A DNA stretch of 64,000 bases, from assembly GCA_964385615.1 (NCBI GenBank), contig CAYLPP010000002.1, positions 40,518 through 104,517 on the forward strand, written 5' to 3'. Each line of letters opens with the position of its first letter. Within the stretch, counting starts at the first letter, position 1. A program made the translations under genes and the position numbers. A model generated the notes under the pieces. The model was not told the DNA's origin, searched no databases, and saw nothing but the letters and a program-made list of their open reading frames with translations. This stretch comes from an uncultured bacterium. GTDB lineage: Bacteria > Omnitrophota > Omnitrophia > Omnitrophales > Aquincolibacteriaceae. Below are positions 12,061 through 22,667 of the stretch, piece after piece.

Positions 12061-13799
12061 TGGCGGATACAAAAGGTAAAGTTGTCGTTGTCGGCGGAGG
12101 TTTGGCGGGTTTGATGACGACCATCAAGCTCGCGGAAGCCGGCATTGGTGTCGATCTGATTTCGATTGTTCCCTGCAAACGGTCACATTCGGTTTGCGCG
12201 CAGGGCGGGATCAACGCTTCAGTCAATACCAAGGGTGAGGGAGATTCTCCGCAAATTCATTTTGAAGAAACTATTCTAGGCGGAGATTTCCTGGCCAATC
12301 AGCCGATGGTCCGCGAGATGTGTGAGAACGCGCCCAATTTCGTTTATATGCTGGATCGTATGGGGGTGCAGTTCAACCGCACGCCCGAAGGTTTAATTGA
12401 TTTCCGCCGTTTCGGCGGAACGCGTTTTCACCGCACGGCTTTTGCGGGCGCCACAACTGGTCAGCAGATTCTTTACGCGTTGGACGAGCAGGTGCGCCGT
12501 TTCGAAGCTGAAGGGAAAGTGACCCGCTATGAAGGCTGGGAATTTCTTTCCGCGGTGATTGATGATTCCAATGTGGGGCGCGGGATTGTCGCTTTGAATC
12601 TTACTAATTTTGAAGTCCGGTCTTTCCGCGCGGATGCCGTGGTGTTTGCCACCGGCGGATGCGGGATGATTTACGGCCGTTCGACGATGTCGATGATTTG
12701 CACCGGCGCGGCGGCGGGTTCTCTTTTCCAGCAGGGCGTGCATTACGCGAATGCCGAATTTATTCAGATTCATCCCACTGCGATCGCGGGTGAAGACAAG
12801 AATCGGTTGATCTCTGAAGCGGTGCGTGGTGAAGGCGGACGTCTTTGGACTTATAAAGACGGCAAGCGCTGGTATTTCATGGAAGAGTGGTATCCCAAAT
12901 ACGGCAATCTGGTACCGCGCGATATTGCTTCACGCGCGATTTTTAAAGTGGTGCGCGAGCTGAAGCTTGGTCTCGAAGGCAAAGACGTTGTTTATCTCGA
13001 TATTTCCCACGTGGATCCCAAAACGCTCAAAGCCAAGCTGGGCGGAATTCTCGAGCTCTACGAGAAGTTCATGAATGAAGACCCCAGCAAAGTTCCGATG
13101 CGCGTATTTCCATCTGTTCATTATTCCATGGGCGGAATTTATATTGATTCCAAACACATGACGAATGTTCCGGGTCTTCTGGCAGCCGGTGAAGCCGATT
13201 ATCAGTATCACGGAGCTAACCGCTTGGGCGCGAATTCACTGTTGTCCTGCCTTCAGGGCGGGCTGGCAGCCGCGCGTACGGCGGGGGAATACATTCAGGG
13301 TCTGAACCGCTCCGCGGATGATACGGCCGACAAATGGTTTTTGCAGCAGATTAAAAAAGAAGAATCCCGCCAGGATGAAATCCTTCGTCTGCACGGCAAA
13401 GAAAATCCGTATGAGCTTTGGGAAGAAATGGGCGAAGTCATGACTTCTAATGTGACTGTGGTTCGTTACAATAAAAACCTGGAAGAAGCGGATAAGAAAC
13501 TGATTGAGCTCAAGGAACGCGCTAAAAATATCAATGTGGCGGACGTTTCAAAGTGGGCCAATCAAACCGTGGTGTTTACCCGCCAGCTTTTCAATATGCT
13601 TGAGATCGCCCGATGCATCACGCTGGGCGCGCTGGCGCGTAACGAGAGCCGTGGAGCGCATTACAAACCCGATTTTCCGAACCGTGACGACGCCAACTGG
13701 CTCAAGACCACCGTGGCTAAATATACGCCTAAAGGCCCTGAGCTTTCTTACGAAGCGGTCGATACATCACTGTTGAAACCTCGCGAGCGGAAATACTAG
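12060..13799 (+). CDS. sdhA: succinate dehydrogenase flavoprotein subunit
   Basis: FAD-binding VVVVGGGLAGL, covalent-FAD histidine region RSHSVCAQGGINA, and a C-terminal fumarate reductase/SDH domain. Confidence 0.9.
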   Translation: MADTKGKVVVVGGGLAGLMTTIKLAEAGIGVDLISIVPCKRSHSVCAQGGINASVNTKGEGDSPQIHFEETILGGDFLANQPMVREMCENAPNFVYMLDRMGVQFNRTPEGLIDFRRFGGTRFHRTAFAGATTGQQILYALDEQVRRFEAEGKVTRYEGWEFLSAVIDDSNVGRGIVALNLTNFEVRSFRADAVVFATGGCGMIYGRSTMSMICTGAAAGSLFQQGVHYANAEFIQIHPTAIAGEDKNRLISEAVRGEGGRLWTYKDGKRWYFMEEWYPKYGNLVPRDIASRAIFKVVRELKLGLEGKDVVYLDISHVDPKTLKAKLGGILELYEKFMNEDPSKVPMRVFPSVHYSMGGIYIDSKHMTNVPGLLAAGEADYQYHGANRLGANSLLSCLQGGLAAARTAGEYIQGLNRSADDTADKWFLQQIKKEESRQDEILRLHGKENPYELWEEMGEVMTSNVTVVRYNKNLEEADKKLIELKERAKNINVADVSKWANQTVVFTRQLFNMLEIARCITLGALARNESRGAHYKPDFPNRDDANWLKTTVAKYTPKGPELSYEAVDTSLLKPRERKY

Positions 13800-13850
13800 T
13801 AAGGATGCGGATGCGCCTTGCTGTATCGGTAAATAGGAGCCGATGCGGAT

Positions 13851-14600
13851 ATGCCAGAGAAAAAAACGGTCAAAGTTAAAATTAAGCGCCAAGACGGTAA
13901 AGATGCCCGGCCTCACTGGGAAGAGTTCCACATTCCCTACCGGCCGTACATGAATGTCATTATCTGCCTCCAGGAAATCCGTAAGATGCCCAAGACTTTT
14001 GACGGCCGTCCAACGACGCCCCCTTCCTGGGAATCCAGCTGTCTGGAAGAAGTTTGCGGAGTTTGCACTATGGTCATCAACGGCAAAGTCCGTCAGGCAT
14101 GTTCGGCGCTGATTGATCAACTGGGTACGGAAATTACGATTGAACCCATGACTAAATTTCCGCTGGTCCGTGATCTGATCGTCGACCGTTCCCGTCTTTT
14201 TGAAAGTTTGAAACGCGTCAAAGCCTGGATTCCGATTGACGGCACGCACAACCTCGGCCCCGGCCCGCGAATCAATTCCGATCAACAGCAGAAAGATTAT
14301 CTTCTTTCGACCTGCTTTTCATGCGGATGCTGTTTGGAGGTTTGTCCGCAGGTCAACGGACGTTCTGATTTTATGGGCGCCATGGCGATCAATCAGGCCC
14401 GTCTTTTTAATGATCATCCGCTGGGGAAAGGTTCGGCTAAAGAGCGAGTTCAGTCTCTCATGGCGAAGGGTGGTATTGAGGATTGCGGGAATGCTCAAAA
14501 CTGCGTGAAGGCCTGTCCAAAACATATCCCGCTGGTTGAATCCATTGCCGAAATGAATAATCAGGTCACGAAGGCGATCTTCGGCGGTCTTAAGGATTGA
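13851..14600 (+). CDS. sdhB: succinate dehydrogenase iron-sulfur subunit
   Basis: 2Fe-2S cluster CLEEVCGVC, 4Fe-4S CFSCGCCLEVCP and 3Fe-4S CGNAQNCVKACP motifs. Confidence 0.9.
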   Translation: MPEKKTVKVKIKRQDGKDARPHWEEFHIPYRPYMNVIICLQEIRKMPKTFDGRPTTPPSWESSCLEEVCGVCTMVINGKVRQACSALIDQLGTEITIEPMTKFPLVRDLIVDRSRLFESLKRVKAWIPIDGTHNLGPGPRINSDQQQKDYLLSTCFSCGCCLEVCPQVNGRSDFMGAMAINQARLFNDHPLGKGSAKERVQSLMAKGGIEDCGNAQNCVKACPKHIPLVESIAEMNNQVTKAIFGGLKD

Positions 14601-15133
14601 TGGCTTCGCGCAAGCGCAAAACCTCTTCGGTCTTCTCTCCTCAAATAGGTAAGCAAGTTTATATCGATCCTTCCGCCCAAGTTATCGGGCAAGTTTCAAT
14701 CGGGGATTATTCCAGCGTGTGGCCGGGCGTGGTCATGCGAGGGGATATCAATAAAATCAAGATTGGCAGATACACCAATATTCAGGACTTATCCCTTCTG
14801 CACGTTGAAACAAATCAGGCCTGTGTGATCGGGGATTATGTCACGGTGGGCCATCAGGTTTGCCTGCATGCCTGCACGGTGAGAAATCAGGCGCTTGTTG
14901 GAATTGGTTCTATTGTGATGGACGGCGCCGTCATCGGGGAGGGCGCGATCCTCGGAGCGGGAAGTCTAGTGACGCACAATCAGAAACTGAAACCTCATTC
15001 TTTGTATTTTGGCAGACCCGCCAAATTTGTCCGCAAGCTTTCCCGCAAGGAAATCAGCGGTCTTAAGGCCTGGGCTTTGCGCTACGTTGATTATTCAAGC
15101 GCTCATCTTGAAGGCCGGTTTAACAGGGTTTAA
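14600..15133 (+). CDS. gamma-class carbonic anhydrase family / left-handed beta-helix hexapeptide-repeat protein
   Basis: Hexapeptide repeats (VGHQVCLHACTV, IGEGAILGAGSLV) with the conserved histidines of the gamma-CA/PaaY fold. ATG at 14600 overlaps the sdhB stop as TGATG. Confidence 0.7.
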   Translation: MASRKRKTSSVFSPQIGKQVYIDPSAQVIGQVSIGDYSSVWPGVVMRGDINKIKIGRYTNIQDLSLLHVETNQACVIGDYVTVGHQVCLHACTVRNQALVGIGSIVMDGAVIGEGAILGAGSLVTHNQKLKPHSLYFGRPAKFVRKLSRKEISGLKAWALRYVDYSSAHLEGRFNRV

Positions 15134-15245
15134 AGCGGGTCTTCAAACCTTCTATTGGATTTTATAGCAGACTATAACCCTGAACTCTTTGGAAAAGCTT
15201 TTTTCAGGTGCGGATTTCAAACTTTCCGCTATAATAGGGCTCTTT

Positions 15246-16400
15246 ATGTCACCAGAGAATACAGCAAAAGCAGAACCTAATTTCGTCAAAGGCCTGGATG
15301 GTGTAGTTGCTTCCCAGACCGTTTTAAGCCTTGTGGACGGCGCTAACAGCCGGCTCTATTACCGCGGGATCCCCGTTGAAGAGCTAGCCGCGAACTCTTC
15401 TTTTGAAGAAACGGTTTACTTTCTCTGGACTGGCCATCTTCCTTCCGCTTCCGAACTTTCTGAGTTTAAAAAGAACCTCGCTGATAATCGCGCGCTTTCT
15501 CCTGACATTCTTAAGGTTCTGACGACATTTCCCAAAACCGCGCATCCGATGGGGGTTTTACGCACCATGATTTCGGTGATGGGTATTTTTGATAAAGACG
15601 GAGATAAACAGGACCCTGAAAATATGCGCCGGCAGGCTTTGAGGCTTACCGCCTGTGTTCCGACCCTGATCGCCGCTTTCTACCGTATACGGGAAGGCAA
15701 GGAGCCGATCGCTCCGGACAAGAAGCTTTCCCAAGCGGCGGATTTCCTTTATATGATGCACGGCAAAGAGCCCGCGCCTGAAATGGAACGGGCTTTGGAC
15801 GCTTATCTGATTCTTCTGGCTGATCACGGTTTGAACGCGTCTACCTTTTCTGCCCGCGTAACGACGGCGACGGAATCTGATCTTTATTCCGCGATTACTT
15901 CAGCGGTGGGGACCCTCAAGGGGGATCTCCACGGTTCCGCGAATCAGCGCGCCATGGAGATGATTTTGGATATCGCGGACCCGGCTAAGGCTGAAGATTA
16001 TGTGCGCAATCTCTTGAAGCAGAAGAAAAAGGTTATGGGTTTTGGGCACCGCATTTATAAAAAAGAAGATCCCCGCGCCGCGGTTTTCCGCGGAATCGCT
16101 AAAAAACTTTGTGAACGCGTGAAGGAATTCCGCTGGATGGAAATTTCCGACAAGGTTGAAAAAGTCATGTGGGAAGATAAGCAGATTCCCTGCAATGTGG
16201 ATTTCTTTTCCGCTTCGGTTCTTTACGTGCTGGGATTTCCCGTGGATTTTTTTACCACGGTTTTTGCTTCAAGCCGCGTCGCGGGCTGGACCGCTCATGT
16301 GATTGAACAGCGCGCTGACAACCGGCTGATCCGTCCGGCCGCGGAGTATATCGGACCTAAAGATCAGCATTACGTGCCTGCAGACAAGCGCAACCAGTAA
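15246..16400 (+). CDS. gltA: citrate synthase
   Basis: Active-site region VMGFGHRIYKKEDPRA and the HGSANQ histidine motif. The first ATG is at 15246. The supplied ORF starts at a TTG at 15189, and a TATAAT hexamer at 15230-15235 lies inside that extension, favouring the ATG. Confidence 0.85.
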   Translation: MSPENTAKAEPNFVKGLDGVVASQTVLSLVDGANSRLYYRGIPVEELAANSSFEETVYFLWTGHLPSASELSEFKKNLADNRALSPDILKVLTTFPKTAHPMGVLRTMISVMGIFDKDGDKQDPENMRRQALRLTACVPTLIAAFYRIREGKEPIAPDKKLSQAADFLYMMHGKEPAPEMERALDAYLILLADHGLNASTFSARVTTATESDLYSAITSAVGTLKGDLHGSANQRAMEMILDIADPAKAEDYVRNLLKQKKKVMGFGHRIYKKEDPRAAVFRGIAKKLCERVKEFRWMEISDKVEKVMWEDKQIPCNVDFFSASVLYVLGFPVDFFTTVFASSRVAGWTAHVIEQRADNRLIRPAAEYIGPKDQHYVPADKRNQ

Positions 16401-16411
16401 CCGGGGGAAGA

Positions 16412-17578
16412 GTGAACGTACACGAATACCAGGCTAAGGAAATTTTTAAGCGTTACGGAATCCCCGTTAATACTGCCATTCTGGCAAAGACCCCTCAGGA
16501 AGTTTTCCAATCCTCCAAAGAATTAATAAAGCCTGATACCGGCATCGCGGTTAAAGCGCAGGTGCATTCCGGCGGCCGCGGGCGCGCGGGCGGTGTGAAG
16601 GTTGTTTCGACCCCTGAAGAAGCGCGTGATCTTGCCTCTAAACTTTTTGGGAAAAAACTTATCACGGTTCAAAATGGACCTGACGGCCAGCCCGTGGATT
16701 TAATTTTGGTAGAACAGACGGCTCCGATCGCCAAGGAATATTATGTCAGTATTGTCCTGGACCGCAGCGCTGCTAAACCCTGTTTGATTGCTTCTGAAGC
16801 CGGCGGGATGAATATTGAAGAAGTGGCTCATGCCAATCCTGAAAAACTGATCCGTTCCCACTTTTCTCCTGAAACCGGTCTGAGCCTGAAACAGGCTGAG
16901 GATATTGCGGGTAAATTTTCCGGGCTGACCGCGGAGCAGAAAAAAGCTTTCGCCTCCATTTTTGAAGCGCTTGCGAAAATTTTTATGGACCTTGATGCTT
17001 CTCTGATTGAAATCAACCCGCTTGCCGTCATGAAGTCCGGAGGGGTTATCGCTATTGACGCCAAGATCAATTTTGATGATAACGCTCTTTACCGTCACGC
17101 GGATATCGCGGCCCTTCGCGATCCTAACCAGGAAGACAGCCGTGAGGTTGAAGCTAAGAAATTCGACCTGAGCTATGTCGGCCTGGACGGCAGTATCGGC
17201 TGTATTGTTAACGGCGCGGGACTCGCGATGGCTACGATGGATATCATTAAATACGCGGGCGGTGAACCGGCCAACTTTTTGGACGTCGGCGGAGGCGCGG
17301 GAAAAGAAAAAGTCGCCGCGGCTTTTAAAATTATTCTCAAGGATCCCAAAGTTAAAGCCATTCTGGTTAATATTTTCGGCGGAATTATGCGCTGTGATGT
17401 TGTGGCTGAAGGGATTCTGGCGGCGATTAAAGAAGTCGGCGTGCAGGTGCCGTTAGTCGTACGTCTTGAAGGAACAAACGTTGAAGAAGGGAAGGCCATC
17501 TTGAAACAGTCCGGCCTGAAAATTATTTCCGCGTCTGAATTTTCCGAAGCGGCGGAAAAAGTGGTGGGGTCGTTATGA
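16412..17578 (+). CDS. sucC: succinyl-CoA synthetase beta subunit
   Basis: N-terminal ATP-grasp [19 protein letters not shown] and CoA-ligase domain [15 protein letters not shown]. The stop overlaps the sucD start. Confidence 0.9.
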   Translation: MNVHEYQAKEIFKRYGIPVNTAILAKTPQEVFQSSKELIKPDTGIAVKAQVHSGGRGRAGGVKVVSTPEEARDLASKLFGKKLITVQNGPDGQPVDLILVEQTAPIAKEYYVSIVLDRSAAKPCLIASEAGGMNIEEVAHANPEKLIRSHFSPETGLSLKQAEDIAGKFSGLTAEQKKAFASIFEALAKIFMDLDASLIEINPLAVMKSGGVIAIDAKINFDDNALYRHADIAALRDPNQEDSREVEAKKFDLSYVGLDGSIGCIVNGAGLAMATMDIIKYAGGEPANFLDVGGGAGKEKVAAAFKIILKDPKVKAILVNIFGGIMRCDVVAEGILAAIKEVGVQVPLVVRLEGTNVEEGKAILKQSGLKIISASEFSEAAEKVVGSL

Positions 17579-18477
17579 GTATTTTGGTTAATAAAGACAC
17601 CAAGGTCATTGTTCAGGGGATTACCGGCACGCACGGCTCTTTTCATGCGCAGAAGATGCTGGAATACGGCACCAAAGTTGTCGGCGGTGTGACGCCTAAA
17701 AAAGGCGGCCAGCAGGTTCACGGCATTCCGGTATTCAACACGGTTAAAGAAGCGGTGCAGGCCACAGGCGCTAACGCCTCTGTGATTTATGTGCCGGCGA
17801 GTTTCGCGGTCGGCGCTATCCGGGAAGCCGGAGAGGCTGGAATTCCGCTGGTCGTCTGTATCACGGAAGGTATTCCCGCGCTGGATATGGCGAAGATCAA
17901 GCCTTGGATTGTTGAAAAGAAAATAACTTTAATTGGGCCGAATTGTCCCGGGATTATCACCCCGGGTGAATGCAAAATCGGCATCATGCCCGGATATATT
18001 CATAAAAAAGGCCGGATCGGCGTGGTTTCCCGCAGCGGGACCCTGACTTATGAAGCGGTCTGGCAGCTTTCGACCCGCGGGATCGGACAGTCCACCTGTA
18101 TCGGAATCGGCGGAGATCCGATTGTCGGCACGAATTTTATCGACGCGCTCCCGCTTTTCGAAAAAGATCCGGATACCGACGCGGTCATTATGATTGGCGA
18201 AATCGGCGGATCCGCGGAAGAAGAAGCCGCGGAATTTATTGAAAAGAAAATGTCCAAACCCGTAGTGGTTTTTATCGCGGGCAGCACGGCTCCTCCGGGG
18301 AAACGTATGGGGCACGCGGGGGCCATTATTTCCGGCGGTTCCGGAAAAGCTGAAGATAAAATCGCTCGGCTTAAAAAAGCCGGAGCCTTTATCGCGCCCA
18401 GTCCGGCTTTGCTCGGCGAAACGATGGAGAAAGTCCTGGCGGAAAAGTATGCTCAAAAATCTCGATCACGAGTTTGA
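17575..18477 (+). CDS. sucD: succinyl-CoA synthetase alpha subunit
   Basis: CoA-binding [14 protein letters not shown] and the phosphohistidine loop [12 protein letters not shown]. Confidence 0.9.
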   Translation: MSILVNKDTKVIVQGITGTHGSFHAQKMLEYGTKVVGGVTPKKGGQQVHGIPVFNTVKEAVQATGANASVIYVPASFAVGAIREAGEAGIPLVVCITEGIPALDMAKIKPWIVEKKITLIGPNCPGIITPGECKIGIMPGYIHKKGRIGVVSRSGTLTYEAVWQLSTRGIGQSTCIGIGGDPIVGTNFIDALPLFEKDPDTDAVIMIGEIGGSAEEEAAEFIEKKMSKPVVVFIAGSTAPPGKRMGHAGAIISGGSGKAEDKIARLKKAGAFIAPSPALLGETMEKVLAEKYAQKSRSRV

Positions 18478-19807
18478 TGAGTACCTGAAATCCCGCGAAC
18501 CGCAAATCCTTAAGGCTATCGCCGGCCTGCCTGAAAAACTTCAGAAAACCTGTTTTCGTTACGGCCGTTTCACAATTCCTACTTTCTATAAAGCCTTCTT
18601 TTTAAGCCCCAAGCAAGAGCATTTACTCAAGCGTGTCAGCGCGACTATGGCCCAGGTTATCAATACCGCCGCGCGGCTGTATTTTGAGGAAGGCCATATG
18701 TCTACGGTTTTCAAAATGAGCCCGGAGGCCGCGGATTTGATTAAGATAGATCCGGGTTATTCTCAAACGGTGGTTTTTGCCCGTTTTGACGCGCTGCTGG
18801 AAGGGGAAAGTTTGAAGGTGATTGAATTTAACACGGATTCTCCGGCGGGCACGGCTTACACGGATCAGCTTGAAGAGGTTTTGTTTTCGGAAGAACCGCT
18901 TCAGGATTTTTTCAAAGAGCATCAGCTGATTCAGCATTCAAGAGCTCAGAACATTCTGGATGTTCTGCTTTCAACTTATGAAGAATTCGGCGGATTTGAA
19001 ATTCCTCAAATCGCGATTATTGACTGGAAAAACGTACGCACTACGCCTGAATACGAATACCTGAAAGTTTTCTTTGAATCCAAAGGGTATAAAACCGTAA
19101 TCGCCGACCCGCGTGAACTGAAGTATAAAGGCGGGAAGCTTTATCATAAGAATTTTCGGGTACATCTGATTTACCGGCGGGTGATTTTTGATGAACTCCT
19201 GGAACGGCTTGATGAAGTGCAGGATATGATCAAAGCATACCGTGAGCACGCCGTCTGCATGGTGAACCCTCTCCGTTCCCGGATTGCCAGTGACAAGGCT
19301 TTGCTTTCCATTTTGACCAATCCGGAATATGATCACTTTTTTACTGAAAATGAAAATAAGATGAAGCGGGAACACATTCCCTGGACGCGCCGTCTGGCGG
19401 ATGCCGAAGATTTTTACGGGCGTAAAAAAATGTACCTGATCGATTTCTTGAAAGACGAAAAAGAAACATTGGTTTTAAAGCCTTCAGCGGCTTTTGGCGG
19501 GCGGGATGTCACGATCGGAAGAGAAACCACGGACAGTGACTGGAATGCCGTCATGGATAAAGCTCTGAAAGGCGATTGGGTCATGCAGGAGTTTGTGAAC
19601 ATTCCGATTTTGACCGTTCCGGAAGTTGTAAATCAGAAGCTTGACTTTGCCTATAAAAAATATAATTTTAATATGTTTGTTTGCGGAGGAAAGTACGCCG
19701 GGAGTTTTGTCCGGCTGAGTTCTGAAAGCATGATCAACGTGGCCAAAGGCGGAGGGTTGATTCCCGCCGTCGCGCCTGAGCATATTCCCGAACGTTTTGG
19801 GAATTGA
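18449..19807 (+). CDS. glutathionylspermidine synthase-family ATP-grasp amidoligase (YgiC/YjfC-like)
   Basis: Segments [43 protein letters not shown] and [15 protein letters not shown] parallel the conserved blocks of E. coli YgiC/Gsp synthetase domain (LENNADTP, KALLPLLWE, KPIFSREGANVSI, MLIGSWLV). This is assessed from memory, not by alignment. Confidence 0.55.
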   Translation: MLKNLDHEFDEYLKSREPQILKAIAGLPEKLQKTCFRYGRFTIPTFYKAFFLSPKQEHLLKRVSATMAQVINTAARLYFEEGHMSTVFKMSPEAADLIKIDPGYSQTVVFARFDALLEGESLKVIEFNTDSPAGTAYTDQLEEVLFSEEPLQDFFKEHQLIQHSRAQNILDVLLSTYEEFGGFEIPQIAIIDWKNVRTTPEYEYLKVFFESKGYKTVIADPRELKYKGGKLYHKNFRVHLIYRRVIFDELLERLDEVQDMIKAYREHAVCMVNPLRSRIASDKALLSILTNPEYDHFFTENENKMKREHIPWTRRLADAEDFYGRKKMYLIDFLKDEKETLVLKPSAAFGGRDVTIGRETTDSDWNAVMDKALKGDWVMQEFVNIPILTVPEVVNQKLDFAYKKYNFNMFVCGGKYAGSFVRLSSESMINVAKGGGLIPAVAPEHIPERFGN

Positions 19808-19822
19808 CCTTAAAGGAACTTC

Positions 19823-20251
19823 ATGGAAAAACATCCCCGTCTTTTTACGCTCGAAGAAGCTAACAGCGCGATTCCTCAGCTGGAGGCTATTTTGAAACGT
19901 TTTGAACAGAAGAAACATGCTTCGGAAAAGCTTCATGACGAACTCCTGATGGAAGAGCTTCTTCGGGAGCGCGGTTCGTTGGGCACCCAGGCTTCCGACC
20001 TTCAAGGGATTGAAACCTTTCTGGCGGGGGAAATGGCCCGTCTGGATGACGCGATTCAAGACCTTGAAAATGAAATCCAGGCATTGCGTTCTCTCGGCTG
20101 TAAAGTCCGCAATCTTTCCCGGGGCTGGATTGATTTTCCGGCCCATCAAAACGGCACGGCTATTTTTTATGTATGGAAACGCGGGGAATCTTCCGTGCGT
20201 CATTACCGCCGGGTTGAAGACCGCAGTCAGATTTTTCCGATCGAGACGTAA
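19823..20251 (+). CDS. conserved hypothetical protein (possibly DUF2203-like)
   Basis: 142 aa, helical, N-terminus MEKHPRLFTLEEANSAIPQLE. No catalytic motif recognised. Confidence 0.3.
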   Translation: MEKHPRLFTLEEANSAIPQLEAILKRFEQKKHASEKLHDELLMEELLRERGSLGTQASDLQGIETFLAGEMARLDDAIQDLENEIQALRSLGCKVRNLSRGWIDFPAHQNGTAIFYVWKRGESSVRHYRRVEDRSQIFPIET

Positions 20252-20320
20252 AACGAGCGTAAAAACGGTTTTTACCCCCTCTGTTTCATTGACAAACCCC
20301 GCCTGAGGCGATAGTATCCG

Positions 20321-21133
20321 ATGCCAGAACTTCCTGAAGCGCAAACCGTTGTGTCGCAGCTGTCTGCCGTGCTTCAAGGACTTACGCTGAGCCGGATTCA
20401 TGTGCGCAGAGCGTCGGTTCTGAAAGCCGGAAACTCCTGGGAGTTTGAAAAATTTTTAGACGGAAAAAAAATTACTTCCGTTAAACGGCGCGGGAAATTC
20501 TCCGTTTTGTTTTTTGAAAACCAATGCAAGATCTGGATTCATCTCGGTATGACCGGTCAGCTTGTCTGGAAATGGCAGGGTGAAGATGCGAAGCATGTTC
20601 ACGTGGTTTTTGAGTTTCAGGGAACAAGTGAAAAACTCGCGTTTCGGGATATCCGCCGTTTCGGCGGAATATTTCTGGATAATGGCCGGTTAAAACTTCC
20701 GGACGGAATCGTGAAGTTGGGCCCAGAGCCTCTCGAAATCAATCCGGCGGATTTTCAGGCGAGATTCGGTTCCCGGAATGGACGAATCAAAAGCCTGCTT
20801 ATAAATCAGAGAATTCTGGCAGGGCTCGGAAATATTTACGCGGACGAATGCCTTTTCAGGGCGGGAATTCACCCCCTTCGAAGGCCCGCGAAACTGAAGG
20901 CCCGGTGGCCTAAACTCCACCAGGCGGTTCAGGAAGTCTTAAAAGAAGCGATTGCCGCTGGAGGATCGAGTGTTGATGATTACCGGCATGTGGACGGTAA
21001 GCGCGGGGAGTTCCAAAAATTCCACCGGGTTTACGGCAGGGAAAAGAAACCCTGCTTCACCTGCGGTTCAAACGTGCGGCGGATTGTGATTAGCGGAAGA
21101 AGTTCTTTTTTTTGCCCGGTTTGTCAGTTTTAA
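20321..21133 (+). CDS. mutM: formamidopyrimidine-DNA glycosylase
   Basis: N-terminal MPELPEAQT carries the catalytic Pro2/Glu3. H2TH region, and a C-terminal zinc finger CFTCGSNVRRIVISGRSSFFCPVCQ. Confidence 0.85.
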   Translation: MPELPEAQTVVSQLSAVLQGLTLSRIHVRRASVLKAGNSWEFEKFLDGKKITSVKRRGKFSVLFFENQCKIWIHLGMTGQLVWKWQGEDAKHVHVVFEFQGTSEKLAFRDIRRFGGIFLDNGRLKLPDGIVKLGPEPLEINPADFQARFGSRNGRIKSLLINQRILAGLGNIYADECLFRAGIHPLRRPAKLKARWPKLHQAVQEVLKEAIAAGGSSVDDYRHVDGKRGEFQKFHRVYGREKKPCFTCGSNVRRIVISGRSSFFCPVCQF

Positions 21134-21179
21134 AACAGTAACCATAAGCCCAAAAAAGGGCTCAGAGGAGGAAGTAAAA

Positions 21180-21725
21180 GTGATTCTACCGAAGAAGATT
21201 TTTTTGACCAAAGGCGTGGGTGTTCACCGTGAGAAACTTTCGAGCTTCGAGCTCGCCCTTCGTGACGCGGGGATCGCGCCGTACAACATTGTGCGCGTTT
21301 CCAGCATTTATCCGCCGTACTGCAAGCTGATCTCCAAGGAAGCCGGTTTAAAATATTTGACGCCCGGCCAGATCCTTTTCAGTGTTGTGGCCGAATGCGC
21401 GACTAATGAACCTAACCGTTTGATCGCTTCTTCTATCGGTATGGCGCTTCCTAAAAAGCCTGAGCAGTACGGCTATCTGTCTGAAGCCCACACTTACGGC
21501 TGGACGGAGAAGAAGACGGGTGAATACGCGGAAGACTTGGCAGCGAGCATGCTGGCCACGATTCTGGGCGTGAAATTTGATCCGAATGAAAGCTACGACA
21601 AGCGGCGCGAACAGTGGAAAATTTCCAATGAAATCGTCCGTACCACCGCCAACACCAAGAGCGCGGTTGGCGATAAAGACGGCAAGTGGACTACGGTCAT
21701 TTCCGCGGCTGTGCTGATTCATTAA
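21180..21725 (+). CDS. pdaD: pyruvoyl-dependent arginine decarboxylase
   Basis: Family-typical N-terminus ILPKKIFLTKGVGVHREKL and overall 181-aa length. GTG start preceded by GAGGAGGAAG. Confidence 0.75.
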   Translation: MILPKKIFLTKGVGVHREKLSSFELALRDAGIAPYNIVRVSSIYPPYCKLISKEAGLKYLTPGQILFSVVAECATNEPNRLIASSIGMALPKKPEQYGYLSEAHTYGWTEKKTGEYAEDLAASMLATILGVKFDPNESYDKRREQWKISNEIVRTTANTKSAVGDKDGKWTTVISAAVLIH

Positions 21726-21748
21726 GCGATTTGGTTAGATAAACCCCG

Positions 21749-21780
21749 CACGGTCCATAAAGGCCTGCGGGGTTTCTTTC
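21749..21780 (+). terminator. intrinsic-terminator-like hairpin between pdaD and aguB (ACCCCGCA-N15-TGCGGGGT followed by TTTCTTTCTGTTT)
   Basis: 8-bp GC-rich inverted repeat followed by a U-rich tract. It sits only 6 nt before the aguB ATG, so it could be an attenuator rather than a full stop. Confidence 0.4.
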
Positions 21781-21785
21781 TGTTT

Positions 21786-22667
21786 ATGAAGAAAAAAACT
21801 AAAAATTCAAAAGTGGTCGTAGGTCTGGTTCAGATGTCGAACTCCAAGAGCCCGGAGGCGAATCAGGAAAAGGCTTGTGCCCGTGTGTTGAAAGCGGCCA
21901 AGCAGGGCGCTCAAATCATCTGCCTTCAGGAGATGTACCGCACCCTCTATTTCTGCCAGAAGTATGACCACAAAAATTTCGATCTGGCTGAAACCGTTCC
22001 CGGCCCCAGCACCCGTGTTTTTTGTGAGATTGCCCGCCAGAAGAAAGTCGTGATCATTGTTCCGATTTTTGAAAAACGCGCGGCCGGAATTTATCACAAC
22101 AGCGCGGTTGTGATTGACGCGGACGGACAGATTCTCGGCACTTATCGAAAGATGCATATTCCGGATGATCCCAATTTCTACGAGAAATTTTATTTCACGC
22201 CGGGTGATTTGGGTTTCCGGTCTTTTCAGACCCGGTACGCTAAAATTGGCGTGCTGATCTGCTGGGATCAGTGGTTTCCCGAAGGCGCAAGGTTAACAGC
22301 TCTTTCCGGCGCCCAGATTCTTTTCTACCCGACGGCGATCGGTTTTCACCATTCTGACAAAAAGTTTGCTAAGGCCCAGCTGACCGGCTGGCAGACCGTT
22401 CAGCGGGGACACGCTGTCGCGAACGAAGTTTTTGTTTGCGCCGCAAACCGCGTGGGCAAGGAAGGCCCGGTCAAGTTCTGGGGAAATTCTTTCGTGTCTG
22501 ATCCCTTCGGCACTGTGATTGCCAATGCCGGAGAAGATAAGGAACAAAACCTGATCGTTGAATGTGACCTCAGTCAGATTGAAAGCACACGCCGTAACTG
22601 GCCTTTTCTGCGCGACCGCCGTATCGACGCATATTCCGGAATCACTTCGAGATTTCTGAATGCCTAA
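21786..22667 (+). CDS. aguB: N-carbamoylputrescine amidase (carbon-nitrogen hydrolase / nitrilase superfamily)
   Basis: CN-hydrolase catalytic triad context: LQE at the Glu, GVLICWDQWFPE at the Cys, and a central RKMH lysine. Overlaps the aguA start. Confidence 0.8.
   Translation: MKKKTKNSKVVVGLVQMSNSKSPEANQEKACARVLKAAKQGAQIICLQEMYRTLYFCQKYDHKNFDLAETVPGPSTRVFCEIARQKKVVIIVPIFEKRAAGIYHNSAVVIDADGQILGTYRKMHIPDDPNFYEKFYFTPGDLGFRSFQTRYAKIGVLICWDQWFPEGARLTALSGAQILFYPTAIGFHHSDKKFAKAQLTGWQTVQRGHAVANEVFVCAANRVGKEGPVKFWGNSFVSDPFGTVIANAGEDKEQNLIVECDLSQIESTRRNWPFLRDRRIDAYSGITSRFLNA

Noticed and set aside
15189-15245. TTG-initiated 19-codon N-terminal extension of citrate synthase
   Set aside because: A TATAAT hexamer lies inside it, and the first ATG at 15246 gives a normal-length citrate synthase.
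19484-20401. 305-aa - strand ORF spanning the end of the ATP-grasp gene, the 142-aa hypothetical and the mutM start
   Set aside because: It crosses two + strand genes and an intergenic region. It has no recognisable motifs, while mutM's N-terminal PELPE catalytic motif is intact on the + strand.
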